Source: a virus. From it: DNA of 64,000 nucleotides. Made by a program: the position numbers and the translations under genes. Every line of letters begins with the position of its first letter. Position 1 is the first letter of the stretch. The notes under the pieces were generated by a model. The model searched no databases. It was not told the DNA's origin and was given only the letters and a program-made list of their open reading frames with translations. Where the stretch lies: IMG/VR virus record IMGVR_UViG_3300032046_000019, positions 5,321 through 69,320 of that record; one strand, written 5' to 3'. Of this stretch, positions 38,868 through 49,366 are shown in pieces.

Positions 38868-40709
38868 ATGATTAGTTCAAGATTAGAATTAAATGGAAAT
38901 TATGTAAACGTTACAAGTTCTTGGAATGAATTTAGAACTCTTATCAACGGAACCTCGGCTTCTTTAAGTTATGCTTATGATGACTTTGGTGGATTTTATA
39001 AAATTGTAACCGAACCATTTGTTGGCTTTAGTTATGTCTATAATATAGATAAGACTAATGATCTATCAAGTAAAACAGATTTTGAAACTAACTGGAGGGA
39101 CCAGCCATATAGACTATCTGGTATTTCAACTACAATACAAGGATATAACAACACAGGATATTATCCGGATCCTTCAAATAAATTAGCTAGTGAACAAACA
39201 TCAATCAATATGGATGTGGCAGGTAGTTTACAAATACGCGGGGCAGTACTCACAGACGAAATAAGTTTTCGAGATGATTTTACTGGTACTAGTTTGTTTG
39301 AAATACCAGCTGGCACAATTACATTTACAAATGGTTCTGACCAAATTACTGGTACGGGAACAAATTTTAATCTTTTCACCTCACAAGAATATATTAAAGG
39401 AATTTCTGAAGCAAACAATATTCTTGTTGGATTTTCTTCAATTGATTCTGCTGTGTCGGCAACTTTAGATTCTGCATATCAAGGTAGCACGGGTACAACT
39501 ACTGGACAAGTATCATTTTGGATACCAAATTCTAGTTCCGGTGGAACAGTTGTGGTAACATCTTCTTTAGTTAGGTTGGCTGCCTCAGCTACCTCTGGTT
39601 CGGTTGCATTAATTAGGCGCGCAGGAGATTATGTACCATTTGCATTAACTATAATTGGAAGTATAAATCAACGTGTAGCTAATCAACAAACAATTTTTGG
39701 TTTCCAAGACACAATACAAAATCCAAATCAACAAGCTGTTGTAATATTAGATGGAACAGATAATACTTTAGTTAAATTTAGATCTTCTTTTGGTTCAGCA
39801 AGTCTTGATACAGAAACTACAACAATTTCATTATCTTCTTCACAAAACAATCAACCTTTATCAAGTTCTCAGGTTATAAAATATGAAATAAATGCAACTC
39901 CTGCATTTGCGTCACTATTAATTAATGGCAAAGTAGCTGTTAGACACGAGACTCATATTCCTGGTCCTTATACACCACTAAATGTTGTTGCATATGTGGA
40001 AAACACAGGTGCAGCCACAACAGGAACAACTGCTTCTATTGATGTAATAACATTTCAAAATGTTAACAACATACAATCAAACAATGGTTTCAGAGCTGAA
40101 CCACAAAATATTCAATTAGTTGCAACTTCTATATCATCATCGGTTCAACAAGAAATAAGATCTGACGGGTTTGGAAATTTATCTGTTCGTGAATATCAAC
40201 CTCCTACTTTCTCGGCTTTGGTTTCTTCACAAAGCATTGGTAACGGAAAATCAATGTTTTCTATTATGAATTCAACTTCTGGTTCTGCTACTACTATAAA
40301 AATACAATCAGTAAAACTAATCAATATTTTAAACACTGCCATAGTAGGCATAAATGCTCAGTTTCAATTTTTAAGAATGACTGGACATTCGGGCGGCACA
40401 ACTGTTACACCTTTTACTTTTGACACAACAGACAATCTTGCAACAAACGTTACTTGTTTAACCAATGGTACACCTACAAGTACAACTGGTCCATTGTTGA
40501 GATACTACTGGTCTTCCGATGAATGGGTAATTGGTACAGCCGATCAAGAATCTCAAGACCATGCATTTCAAAACGTAATTCCGATATATCAAGCAAAACA
40601 AGGAACCAAACCAATAACTTTAAGAGCACAACAAGGTTTAACAATAAATCAAATTGTAAACTCGGTACTTGGTGCTTTTGATATAGAAGTTGTTTTTACA
40701 CAGGAATAG
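38868..40709 (+). CDS. putative tail/virion protein
   Basis: FRDDF, GTITFTNGSDQITGTGTNF; S/T-rich; start MISSR. Confidence 0.75.
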   Translation: MISSRLELNGNYVNVTSSWNEFRTLINGTSASLSYAYDDFGGFYKIVTEPFVGFSYVYNIDKTNDLSSKTDFETNWRDQPYRLSGISTTIQGYNNTGYYPDPSNKLASEQTSINMDVAGSLQIRGAVLTDEISFRDDFTGTSLFEIPAGTITFTNGSDQITGTGTNFNLFTSQEYIKGISEANNILVGFSSIDSAVSATLDSAYQGSTGTTTGQVSFWIPNSSSGGTVVVTSSLVRLAASATSGSVALIRRAGDYVPFALTIIGSINQRVANQQTIFGFQDTIQNPNQQAVVILDGTDNTLVKFRSSFGSASLDTETTTISLSSSQNNQPLSSSQVIKYEINATPAFASLLINGKVAVRHETHIPGPYTPLNVVAYVENTGAATTGTTASIDVITFQNVNNIQSNNGFRAEPQNIQLVATSISSSVQQEIRSDGFGNLSVREYQPPTFSALVSSQSIGNGKSMFSIMNSTSGSATTIKIQSVKLINILNTAIVGINAQFQFLRMTGHSGGTTVTPFTFDTTDNLATNVTCLTNGTPTSTTGPLLRYYWSSDEWVIGTADQESQDHAFQNVIPIYQAKQGTKPITLRAQQGLTINQIVNSVLGAFDIEVVFTQE

Positions 40710-40712
40710 AAA

Positions 40713-41843
40713 ATGATTAAATTTGGAACAGGATTAATAAATATCGAACTTGACTGGCCTTCTTTTAAAGAAATTGCAGTTTCTAAATTTCTTAAAATAC
40801 AACATGTTTTAGATCAACAACAATTATTATATCAAATTTTTGGAATTGATGGAACAATTGTATATTCAACAACAATTTTTTCCCAATTTATTCCTAGTGT
40901 TTGTGATACAAATCAAATAACAAATGATGCATACAAAGCGGATTTTGAAACAAATTTTCTTGCATCTTCAAATAAAAGACTTACCTCGGAGACGCAAGAA
41001 AATAGTGCAATGCTTGTTACCAATGTTGGTCGTGAAGGTAACGAGTATACAGTAGCTACTCCAAATCTTTGTGATAAAACAACATGGTTTTATACAAGCG
41101 AAAGACAAGAAAATATAGAATTAAGTTCTTTTGATGGAGGCACAACTTTTTCTGTTTCCGGCTCCGATGAATCTTGGGTTGACATGTATCATGGCAAATA
41201 TTTTCAAGAATATATGTTTAGAGAATACAAGCTTCATAAATATGAAGTAATTATAACTGTTGATGATACAACACAATCAATGCGTGCTCCATTTGCAACA
41301 TCTGGAGGAGATTATTATGTGAATTATAGAAGTGGTTCTGTTGTTTTTTCAAACCCAACAACGGGTTCGGTTAAAGCCTCATATAATAAAGTTGTAAACT
41401 CGGAATTTTGCTTAGAACCTCATAATGGTAATTATATTGATGTAGAAGAGGTTGAAGTTCAATTTACTTCTGATGCGGATATGAAAGATCGTGTTGTTTT
41501 TGAGGTTCGTGGTTATGTACAATACTTTGCTCCTGAACTATGTGATCTATATGGTGGGCCTCTTCCTGCGAATACAATTATTCCTCTTCAGAAAACTTGG
41601 TATGACACATTCTATCAACTTATTGATGAGGCTCTTGGTTCTTATCCGGTAATTCCTGCTATTGGTGGAAATAGTGGCAGAGGAACCCAACATGAAACTT
41701 ATGGTTTTCCAATGAGATATGCGACTGTTAGAAGAATGTACAGTAAATATGGACTTCATTCGTGTGTATATCTTGAAAACAATATTGAATTTGGCGGTGA
41801 AAGAGCAACAGCTACTTTTTATTGCATACAAAATCCAGAATAA
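40713..41843 (+). CDS. putative virion protein
   Basis: shares KxDFETN motif with upstream protein; DYYVNYRSGSVVF. Confidence 0.7.
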   Translation: MIKFGTGLINIELDWPSFKEIAVSKFLKIQHVLDQQQLLYQIFGIDGTIVYSTTIFSQFIPSVCDTNQITNDAYKADFETNFLASSNKRLTSETQENSAMLVTNVGREGNEYTVATPNLCDKTTWFYTSERQENIELSSFDGGTTFSVSGSDESWVDMYHGKYFQEYMFREYKLHKYEVIITVDDTTQSMRAPFATSGGDYYVNYRSGSVVFSNPTTGSVKASYNKVVNSEFCLEPHNGNYIDVEEVEVQFTSDADMKDRVVFEVRGYVQYFAPELCDLYGGPLPANTIIPLQKTWYDTFYQLIDEALGSYPVIPAIGGNSGRGTQHETYGFPMRYATVRRMYSKYGLHSCVYLENNIEFGGERATATFYCIQNPE

Positions 41844-41901
41844 TAAAATTAATATTTGTTTAATATCTTTTATATATTATTTATATGTAAGGGATTTAAC
41901 A

Positions 41902-42771
41902 ATGAATAAAAAAAGAGCATTAGTTTTGAGTGGCGGGGGTTCAAAAGGAGCATTTCAAGTAGGTGTTTTGAAATATTTAATTGGAGAACTCAATAATCAA
42001 TATGATATATACACAGGTATTTCTGTTGGAGCTTTAAATGCTTCATTTCTTTCACAATTTCCAAAAGGAAAAGAAAAAGAAGCGTTAGAAAATTTAGTAA
42101 ATATTTGGAACAAAATCAACAAAGGAAACATTTATCATAATCATAGACCTTTTGGGAAATTAGAAGCTTTATGGAAATCAAGTGTTTATGATAGTTCCCC
42201 GCTTAAAGATTTTGTTTATAACAATCTTGATCCTGTTAAAGTTAAAGAATCCGGTAACGAATTAAGAATTAGTGCTTGTTCTTTATTAACAGGAAACTTA
42301 AAAGTTTGGAATGAAAAAGATACTGATGTTATTAGAGATGCTGTTTTAGCATCATCGTCTTTTCCAGTGATGTTTAACCCAATTAAAATAAACGATGATC
42401 TTTTCACTGACGCTGGGGTTAAAGATATTGCGCCACTTAGTGCAGCTATTGATGCTGGGGCAGAAATTATTGACATAATAGTTACTTCACCTTTTGGTTC
42501 CCAGCCATGGAAGACTAAAAGAAAAAATTCTATAAAAGTTCTACTACGTTCAGTTGATTTAATGTCTGATGAAATTTTAGCTAATGACCTAATAAAACTT
42601 GAGAAAATAAACAAAAAAGTTATTTTGGGTACAGCTGATCCTCGCTATAAATATATTGAATATAATTTATATAGACCTGAAAACCTCTTGACTGATAACT
42701 CTCTTGATTTTGATAGAAAATTGTTAGACACCATGATGGTGACAGGATATAAAACCGTAACAGAAAAATAA
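41902..42771 (+). CDS. patatin-like phospholipase
   Basis: LVLSGGGSKGAF, GISVG (GxSxG), ASSSFP, DAG. Confidence 0.92.
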   Translation: MNKKRALVLSGGGSKGAFQVGVLKYLIGELNNQYDIYTGISVGALNASFLSQFPKGKEKEALENLVNIWNKINKGNIYHNHRPFGKLEALWKSSVYDSSPLKDFVYNNLDPVKVKESGNELRISACSLLTGNLKVWNEKDTDVIRDAVLASSSFPVMFNPIKINDDLFTDAGVKDIAPLSAAIDAGAEIIDIIVTSPFGSQPWKTKRKNSIKVLLRSVDLMSDEILANDLIKLEKINKKVILGTADPRYKYIEYNLYRPENLLTDNSLDFDRKLLDTMMVTGYKTVTEK

Positions 42772-42822
42772 TATATTACAACAAATAAAAAGAAGCTACT
42801 TATATTAACAAGTAAGTAGCTT

Positions 42823-43341
42823 ATGCTTTTTCCGCCGCCATACACATATAATGACCCAAGAATATTATATAATGAACCATGTTTTTTTTATGATGGTATT
42901 TTTGATAGTGTTTGTTTAGCGAATAAATTCACATCAGCAAGGGGGCATGGTGGTGGATTAACTTCTGGAAAACAACAACAGCCAAAAGAAAAATTAAAAG
43001 AACACTTAAATGTTTTTATAGAATGTGAATTAATAAGAATAAATGATTTATTAATTCAGTGTGAAAAGCCAACTTGGTTACGTTTTGTTGGAGAAAATGA
43101 CGATGTTGATATTTTTGCCGGGGATTTTAAAATAAGTTTATCAAACCCAATAATTAAAGGAGAATATATTAATATAATTAAAAAATTATTTGTTAGCACC
43201 AGTTTTAAAGGCATAAAAACAGAAGATTCATGTATAACTCCAAACGACATAGAGATGAAAGTTCAATATATTGAACCCTATGAAAAAATAAAAGTACAAG
43301 CAACATTAATAAATGTTAAAACAAAAAAAGACAACGAATAG
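42823..43341 (+). CDS. hypothetical late protein
   Basis: 172 aa; start flanked by hairpin AAGCTACTTA..TAAGTAGCTT. Confidence 0.65.
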   Translation: MLFPPPYTYNDPRILYNEPCFFYDGIFDSVCLANKFTSARGHGGGLTSGKQQQPKEKLKEHLNVFIECELIRINDLLIQCEKPTWLRFVGENDDVDIFAGDFKISLSNPIIKGEYINIIKKLFVSTSFKGIKTEDSCITPNDIEMKVQYIEPYEKIKVQATLINVKTKKDNE

Positions 43342-43370
43342 TTTAGAACAATAATTAAACCAGAGGAAAC

Positions 43371-44054
43371 ATGAGCGAAAAAGTTATTTTAAAATTAGAT
43401 GAAAGTAATGAATTGGGTTTTAAACTTACAATTCAAGGAATGTCTACCGAGCCAAATTCTTCATCTCCGATTTGTAGATTTGTTGTAATGGAATCTGGTG
43501 GTTCCCAAGATACAATGGGTTACATGTTTCCAGTAAAAAAACAAGATGATGGAACAGTTATTGTTACTATTCCTCCAATGAAAAATATATTCAAAGAAAA
43601 CAAGGATTATACTGGTAAAATTGAAATCTTACTTGGTAGCAGGTATTTTACACCCGCTACAATGAATATTGGATTTGAAAAACCAGTTGAAGTTACAGTA
43701 GAATCTGTTAAACCACAAACTAAAAAAGAAGAATTTGAAATTTTTATTGAACCAATTGTAATTAAAAATAAAAATGAATCTGTTATAAAAACTCCAATTC
43801 ATGAAATTCATGAACCTAAACCAATAATAAAAGATCTTGATGAACTTGTAAAAACAATAGAAGAATCAAAACAAGTTAAATCCCAAGAAAAACAAAATTA
43901 TGTGGAATTAACAAAATCACAACTTGAAGAATTAATCCGTCGCAAAAGATCAAACAAATTGAAAGAAACAAAAGAGACTTCTTCTTCTTCTTCTTCGTCA
44001 CCAGATGACTTGAAAAATAGAATGAAAAACATATTAAAAGATTCTTTAAAGTAA
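43371..44054 (+). CDS. conserved jumbo-phage hypothetical protein
   Basis: LKLDESNELGFKLTIQG...YFTP; GAGG SD. Confidence 0.75.
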   Translation: MSEKVILKLDESNELGFKLTIQGMSTEPNSSSPICRFVVMESGGSQDTMGYMFPVKKQDDGTVIVTIPPMKNIFKENKDYTGKIEILLGSRYFTPATMNIGFEKPVEVTVESVKPQTKKEEFEIFIEPIVIKNKNESVIKTPIHEIHEPKPIIKDLDELVKTIEESKQVKSQEKQNYVELTKSQLEELIRRKRSNKLKETKETSSSSSSSPDDLKNRMKNILKDSLK

Positions 44055-44312
44055 TCTAAATTCTTTTAGAATCTCATAAGCAATTTCTTGTGACTCAAAC
44101 TTTGGTTTCACTGTAAAATTCACAATATCATTGTGATAAACAATATCTTCAATGTTTCTTTTCCCAGAGAAATCGCATATTTTTTGAGCTAACATGTTAA
44201 CTTCTCTTGGTATATAAAGAGAACCATTGTTATCTTTTAAACAATCAAAAGAAATATAATTTTCACCTATTCCGCGAAATAAAGTAACTGGATTTGGAAA
44301 TCTTAAAGGCAT
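44046..44312 (-). CDS. hypothetical protein
   Basis: 88-aa ORF. Confidence 0.6.
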   Translation of the reverse strand: MPLRFPNPVTLFRGIGENYISFDCLKDNNGSLYIPREVNMLAQKICDFSGKRNIEDIVYHNDIVNFTVKPKFESQEIAYEILKEFRLL

Positions 44313-44519
44313 TTAATTTAGCATAGTTTGAAAAATATCAGATGTATACCAGGCACGAGAACCATCTTCGAAAAATTCCAAACAATATTTAATATAAAAA
44401 TCTTCTACCGATACATCAACGACCTTTGCTTTGTGATATGATGCCTTTATAAGAACATCAACTATGTCTCCCTTATTATGTTCTTTTTTTGTTTGTTCGT
44501 AGGTAAGTGTATTAAACAT
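44313..44519 (-). CDS. small SH3/KOW-like protein
   Basis: KGDIVDV..KAKVVDV..YCLEFFEDGSRAWY; AAGGAG SD. Confidence 0.6.
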   Translation of the reverse strand: MFNTLTYEQTKKEHNKGDIVDVLIKASYHKAKVVDVSVEDFYIKYCLEFFEDGSRAWYTSDIFQTMLN

Positions 44520-44634
44520 TTTGTTATCTCCTTGTTGATTCTATTCAATCATACTATCACATTATATAACTATAGCAATTATTGTTAAAATAAAAACATA
44601 AGAAACTTCGGTTTTGTTTGCAATATTTACTTTC

Positions 44635-45213
44635 ATGAGAGAAAACTTAAAAATATTAATAAATTCTATTCTAAAAGAAGAATTAAAAAAAATAAACGAG
44701 GCTGCTAAAACAATAGAATCTATTCCTAGTGAATATAAAGTTCATATAGGAAAAGGACTATTGGGTGGAGACAAAGATATAGAATTAAAAAATGATCAAG
44801 ATAATGTTTTGGGTTCAATTTCTCTAGCTAGACCAAAAAATGCTGATGGGCCTTGTCTAAGTGCCTATATAGTGTTCCACTCTAGAGCCACAAGCGGCTA
44901 TGGACCCCTCTTGTATGATATTGCGTTGGAGTATGCCGGTTCAAGTGGAATCGCCCCAGATCGCCTCCTAGTGTCTTCTGATGCCTCATCTGTTTGGAAT
45001 TACTATTATACCAATAGAGGAGATGTTAGAAAAGAACTTTTAGATAATATTTTATTACCACAAACACCACAAAAAGAAGATGACTGCTCTTTTAAGTCAT
45101 CTGGAGACGAAGAAGACAAAATAGAACGTCCTTGGTTAAATTATGTATATTACAAAGACTCGCAAGATAATATTAATAAACTTAGAAGTCTTGGAAAATT
45201 AGTTGAAGAATAA
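44635..45213 (+). CDS. leader-bearing GNAT-like protein
   Basis: MRENLKILINSILKEELKKINE-A; SGYGPLLYDIALE...VSSDASSVW. Confidence 0.6.
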   Translation: MRENLKILINSILKEELKKINEAAKTIESIPSEYKVHIGKGLLGGDKDIELKNDQDNVLGSISLARPKNADGPCLSAYIVFHSRATSGYGPLLYDIALEYAGSSGIAPDRLLVSSDASSVWNYYYTNRGDVRKELLDNILLPQTPQKEDDCSFKSSGDEEDKIERPWLNYVYYKDSQDNINKLRSLGKLVEE

Positions 45214-45273
45214 AAATGCAAAAACCTCAAACGATTTTTCGAGTGAGGTTCTTAAATAAGAAAAATAGTTTTC

Positions 45274-45537
45274 TCAGGCTTCTACATTAGCTTCTTTTGT
45301 TTGTCTCTCAGAACTTTGTTCTTCTGCTTTTCTAGATAGTTCTGTTATATATTCATTGTATGCTTTAACATAATCTTCATCAAGAGTAAGATATTTTTCG
45401 TTTTCCGCAACAAGAACAACTGCTCTTAGGTGATCAACTAAATTAGTTCCCGTAAGCAAAGAAAGCTGAATTAGCTCCCTCACAATTATAATCACATCAT
45501 CACTAAATTTAAATGTATTTTTGGTTTTTTCCGTCAT
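45274..45537 (-). CDS. hypothetical protein
   Basis: FKFSDDVI...QLSLLTGTNLVDHLR. Confidence 0.7.
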   Translation of the reverse strand: MTEKTKNTFKFSDDVIIIVRELIQLSLLTGTNLVDHLRAVVLVAENEKYLTLDEDYVKAYNEYITELSRKAEEQSSERQTKEANVEA

Positions 45538-45605
45538 ATCTAGTCCTTTATTTTTGTACTCTCAGTCGATTTGTTTAAAATGTATAATAAAAATTATACA
45601 AGAAA

Positions 45606-45890
45606 TTATAGTTTTTGTTTCTCGGAATTTTTTACTACGCCTAATATGCTGTAGCCTGCTAAATCAACATAGGCATCGTTTTTTGCTTCTTTTGTTATAT
45701 TAGTATTAGTTAATCTTGAAAGTTTTTCAAGCATGTGAACAACTAGAATAAACTCTTGATATGTCTCAGGTTGAACCCCTGATGGGTATAGTTCGGTTAG
45801 GGTTTTGGATATTTTAATATCCACAGGACCATATTTTTTTCTTTTATCTAAAATTATGTCCTCTATTTCTTTGAAAAGTTCTTTAATCAT
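45606..45890 (-). CDS. DUF6378-like all-alpha protein
   Basis: RKKYG...KLSR...DAYVDLAGYS. Confidence 0.65.
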   Translation of the reverse strand: MIKELFKEIEDIILDKRKKYGPVDIKISKTLTELYPSGVQPETYQEFILVVHMLEKLSRLTNTNITKEAKNDAYVDLAGYSILGVVKNSEKQKL

Positions 45891-46180
45891 TTTTTATCCT
45901 TTAAAACTTCATTGGTTTCCCACATTCTGGTTGAGACTCCAATTAAATCTTTATATGGGTCTTCATCATAAGATGTCTTGTTGGATGCAATTCTTTTTAA
46001 TTTATCAAATATTCTTAAAATTAATGGAGCATCTGCGAATGACTCTACTGGAATACCAGTTGGATATAATAATTTTAAAAAATCAACTGATTTTGAAAAC
46101 GAGTCACCATAGTTTTTATTTTTATCTTCTACTACGTTTCCAATTTCTGTCGCAGCTTTAATATAATCTCCTTCTGCCAT
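45887..46180 (-). CDS. nucleotide-modification-associated (DUF1599/NMAD1-like) protein
   Basis: KNKNYGDSF...RIFDKLKRI...EDPYKDLIG. Confidence 0.75.
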   Translation of the reverse strand: MAEGDYIKAATEIGNVVEDKNKNYGDSFSKSVDFLKLLYPTGIPVESFADAPLILRIFDKLKRIASNKTSYDEDPYKDLIGVSTRMWETNEVLKDKK

Positions 46181-46265
46181 ATGATTTTTCTTTCCTTATA
46201 AAGATACTATAATCTACTAAAATGTTTGTTTAAACAAAGTAACTGAAAAAAAGCACACTTCTAAT

Positions 46266-47261
46266 GTGGTAGCTTTAACACTTACTGAACTAAACAAAAG
46301 AGATAATTTAAAAATCTTTTTGTCTAAAATACAAAATCAAGAACCATTTGAACTAATTGAAGAGAAAAAGAAAGTCTTTAATTGTGATATGGTAATCATA
46401 GACAACTCAGATATATTTTTATTGGAATCTTTACAAAATTATATTGAAAAAGAAAATATAAAAGCTTTAGGGATGTTTTATAAAAATAAACAATTATTGT
46501 TGAAAACAAAATCAAACATAGAATTAACATCTGGTTGTTTGTTGAAAACAATAGAATTTGGTTCTGTTGGATTTCAAAAAACATATCAAAAAGAAACAAA
46601 GTTTTTTTCTGATCTTAGTGATAAGTTAAAAACTATAACAAATGATTCAAAAGAACCAGCTAATCTTGTTTTTTTAAATCACCTTGGAAAAGAAATTTTA
46701 TCAATTAACAACATCTTATCAGTTGAAAAAACTATTAAAATTAAAGGGAATTATGTTAAGTCTGATTTTGAATTTAAGGATAATAATAACAAATCTATTT
46801 TATGGATTTCACACAAAGATGGAAATAAGGCAAATTCTTTTCGTCAGTGGTCTGGTATCAAAGAGTTTGAAACTCATCCAGAGTTAGTATTGTTTGGAAA
46901 ACAAATAAAAAAACATTATCGCAATAATATTAAAAAAACAAACATAGGTAAAAAAATAAAAGATAAAGAATTAAAATTAAATTCCTTATTTGGTTCCTCA
47001 AAACATTATGGACCCAATAAAGTTAATTTAATTGTTCAGGGAAACTTAGAGTTTAAAAAAATATTAAACAACACTTATTCTGTTACTGCAAATTATATAT
47101 TTTCCCCAGAACAAAACATGGAAGATATTCCAAAAGAATATGAACCAATCCTATTTGCATCTAAATTAAACCTAGAACCAAAAAGATGTTCTTTTGGTAT
47201 CCAAGGCTGTAGAGGTTTAATATATCCAACTAAGGGTAAAAAAATAAAACTAATAGATTAA
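46266..47261 (+). CDS. putative PD-(D/E)xK-fold nuclease
   Basis: KSDF...WISHKDG...FRQWSG. Confidence 0.5.
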   Translation: MVALTLTELNKRDNLKIFLSKIQNQEPFELIEEKKKVFNCDMVIIDNSDIFLLESLQNYIEKENIKALGMFYKNKQLLLKTKSNIELTSGCLLKTIEFGSVGFQKTYQKETKFFSDLSDKLKTITNDSKEPANLVFLNHLGKEILSINNILSVEKTIKIKGNYVKSDFEFKDNNNKSILWISHKDGNKANSFRQWSGIKEFETHPELVLFGKQIKKHYRNNIKKTNIGKKIKDKELKLNSLFGSSKHYGPNKVNLIVQGNLEFKKILNNTYSVTANYIFSPEQNMEDIPKEYEPILFASKLNLEPKRCSFGIQGCRGLIYPTKGKKIKLID

Positions 47262-47291
47262 CATTATATTATTTAAACCATATTTAATTTT

Positions 47292-47843
47292 ATGAAAAAC
47301 TATACTCTTAAAGGTTCGGCAAAAGAAAATAAAACTGGCGGCATTGTTTTGACAACAAATTTCCACCAAAATGGAACGCTAAATTTAAATAAAAAAATAA
47401 ATATTTCAACTAAACCATGGACTATAAACTTTTCTTTTAAAATTTCGAAAAATAAAGGGGCATCAGACGAAGATGGTTCGGGAGGCGATGGTTTGTGGTT
47501 AGAGTTCGATAAAAGAAAATTTGCCATAGGCTTTGATACATTTAAAAACGATTTAAATAAAACTGGTAATGAAATTCATTTATATTTGGAGAACGAAATT
47601 GTTTCTCAAAAACACTGTTCGATTAAAATGAATTCTGGTAAATTAATAAAAGCTAAAATAATTTGTGAACCAAACAAATTTATAAAAATTTTAATAAATG
47701 ATTCATTAATTTTAAATCATTCTTTTAAACAAATTAATTTATCATCCTTGTTTGATTCTGAGGAATGTTCGTTTAGAGTTTTTTCTTTTACAGGTGCTGC
47801 TGCAAGCACACAAGAAATAAAAAAGTTGAACGTTTTATTTTAA
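47292..47843 (+). CDS. legume-type (L-type) lectin-like protein
   Basis: GGDGL, AIGFDTFKN, NEIH, FTGAAASTQEI. Confidence 0.75.
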   Translation: MKNYTLKGSAKENKTGGIVLTTNFHQNGTLNLNKKINISTKPWTINFSFKISKNKGASDEDGSGGDGLWLEFDKRKFAIGFDTFKNDLNKTGNEIHLYLENEIVSQKHCSIKMNSGKLIKAKIICEPNKFIKILINDSLILNHSFKQINLSSLFDSEECSFRVFSFTGAAASTQEIKKLNVLF

Positions 47844-47850
47844 ACGATTA

Positions 47851-48837
47851 CTAAAGCAGTTTTTTGTTTTTAACGATTCCTGCTAATAATTTTAAGCGGT
47901 CTATAGAAATATATGATTCTTTTACAGAATTGTCTTTTAATTTTTCTAAACTTGGAACTCCAACATATTTTATATCGGAAAATCCTTCTTCTGTAGAAGG
48001 TGCGGAATAGGATGCAAACATTCTATCATATGCTTGTGTTGGAATTGTTTTTGCTCCACCACTAGCTTTAATTTCTTCTTGTCTAACCAAGGCAACATCT
48101 TTAATTTTTTGAACTAATTCTGGAGTATAACCTTCTTCTGGAGCAAAAACTATAGCAATTTGATTATAAAAATCATTGACTTTGTTTAAATTACTTGGAT
48201 CTTCTCCAAGTATTTTTAAAATGTCTTTTCTATGATTGTTTCTTTCTTGAACACTCATATTAACCATATCAATTGCAAAGTTTTTTCTTGTTTCCTCTTT
48301 TTTTCCAACTACAGTATTTTTAACATTTGAAAGTTCTTCTGCTACTTTTTCATTTGCAAGTTCAATTTTCTCCCACATGAAAGGATTTATAAATTCTGGT
48401 TTAACACCAAAACGAATAATTACATCTTGTAAATTTTTTAATAAAAAAGGCTTGAGTTCGCCATATTTTTCACTCGCAGGAACACTTGTTGCTAAATTAG
48501 CAATTTTTTTCAAATAAGAATCTACTTGATTCTTTGAATTTAAATCACTATCGTATTCTGATAATGTTTTTGAATCTGGTGGAATTCCTGCTTGATCTTT
48601 TAGTTCATTAGGTGGACGAGCAAACATGTCGTCATATGTTCCAACCTTGGTTTCACTAGCAATTTTTTCTACCAATTCATCACGATTAATAATTTCATAA
48701 CCTTGCAAATTAGTTTTTATATATGTACTTTTACCTGTTGCTGGAGGCCCAATTAAAAAAACAAGATTAGCCTTTGAATTTTGAGAACCATCATCTTGCA
48801 TTTCTTTAAGGATTTTTACTAAAGATAATTTTTTCAT
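47851..48837 (-). CDS. leader-bearing P-loop kinase (PNK/AAA_33-like)
   Basis: MKKLSLVKILKE; IGPPATGKST, INRD, IDMVN, PSTEEGF; C-terminal RLKLLAGI. Confidence 0.75.
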   Translation of the reverse strand: MKKLSLVKILKEMQDDGSQNSKANLVFLIGPPATGKSTYIKTNLQGYEIINRDELVEKIASETKVGTYDDMFARPPNELKDQAGIPPDSKTLSEYDSDLNSKNQVDSYLKKIANLATSVPASEKYGELKPFLLKNLQDVIIRFGVKPEFINPFMWEKIELANEKVAEELSNVKNTVVGKKEETRKNFAIDMVNMSVQERNNHRKDILKILGEDPSNLNKVNDFYNQIAIVFAPEEGYTPELVQKIKDVALVRQEEIKASGGAKTIPTQAYDRMFASYSAPSTEEGFSDIKYVGVPSLEKLKDNSVKESYISIDRLKLLAGIVKNKKLL

Positions 48838-48895
48838 AACTGTAAATATATCTTTAAAAATAAAACTAATAGATTATTTGCTGGAAACAAAAAAA

Positions 48896-48916
48896 GATTG
48901 TGTAAAATACACAATC
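48896..48916 (-). terminator. intrinsic terminator
   Basis: GATTGTGT-5nt-ACACAATC followed by a T run on the minus strand. Confidence 0.6.
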
Positions 48917-48952
48917 AATTCTTCATTTATATATTTTAGTTAATTAACCAAA

Positions 48953-49366
48953 TCAGACAACGTTTACTTTGTTTGTAGTATGCCAGTAATAACCGATAGA
49001 GCTACTAACAGCCATGAAACCAATGGTTGCATGTGAGCCGGAATATGTAAGAGTCCAAGTTGAACCAGGTCTAATTCCGTTTGATGCTGTTACAAGAATT
49101 TGATCATTGCTTCCTGTTCCTGTCATTAAACAAAATTCTGTACCTAAAGTTGCAACCGCAATAACTGGCAAACTAGCTGTTATTCCTAGTGAACTTGTTG
49201 GACAAATAACAGTAAATTTGTTACTGCTTAATGTTACGTTTGTGTTGTTAAATGAATAATTTTGCACTGGATGTACGGTTTGTTTTAACGTTACTCCAAA
49301 TGTTGAATCTCCTACAACTTCCTCTGAAATTACACCACGACTGTCAATTGTTGTTTTAATACCCAT
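48953..49366 (-). CDS. putative small virion protein
   Basis: S/T/G-rich beta protein; SD within a hairpin. Confidence 0.7.
   Translation of the reverse strand: MGIKTTIDSRGVISEEVVGDSTFGVTLKQTVHPVQNYSFNNTNVTLSSNKFTVICPTSSLGITASLPVIAVATLGTEFCLMTGTGSNDQILVTASNGIRPGSTWTLTYSGSHATIGFMAVSSSIGYYWHTTNKVNVV

Noticed and set aside
40707-40715. TAG-AAA-ATG in-frame readthrough fusion of two structural genes
   Set aside because: One-in-three chance arrangement; downstream gene has its own AGGA SD.
43978-44000. (TCT)n microsatellite as a phase-variation switch
   Set aside because: Trinucleotide poly-Ser run; length change would not shift the frame.
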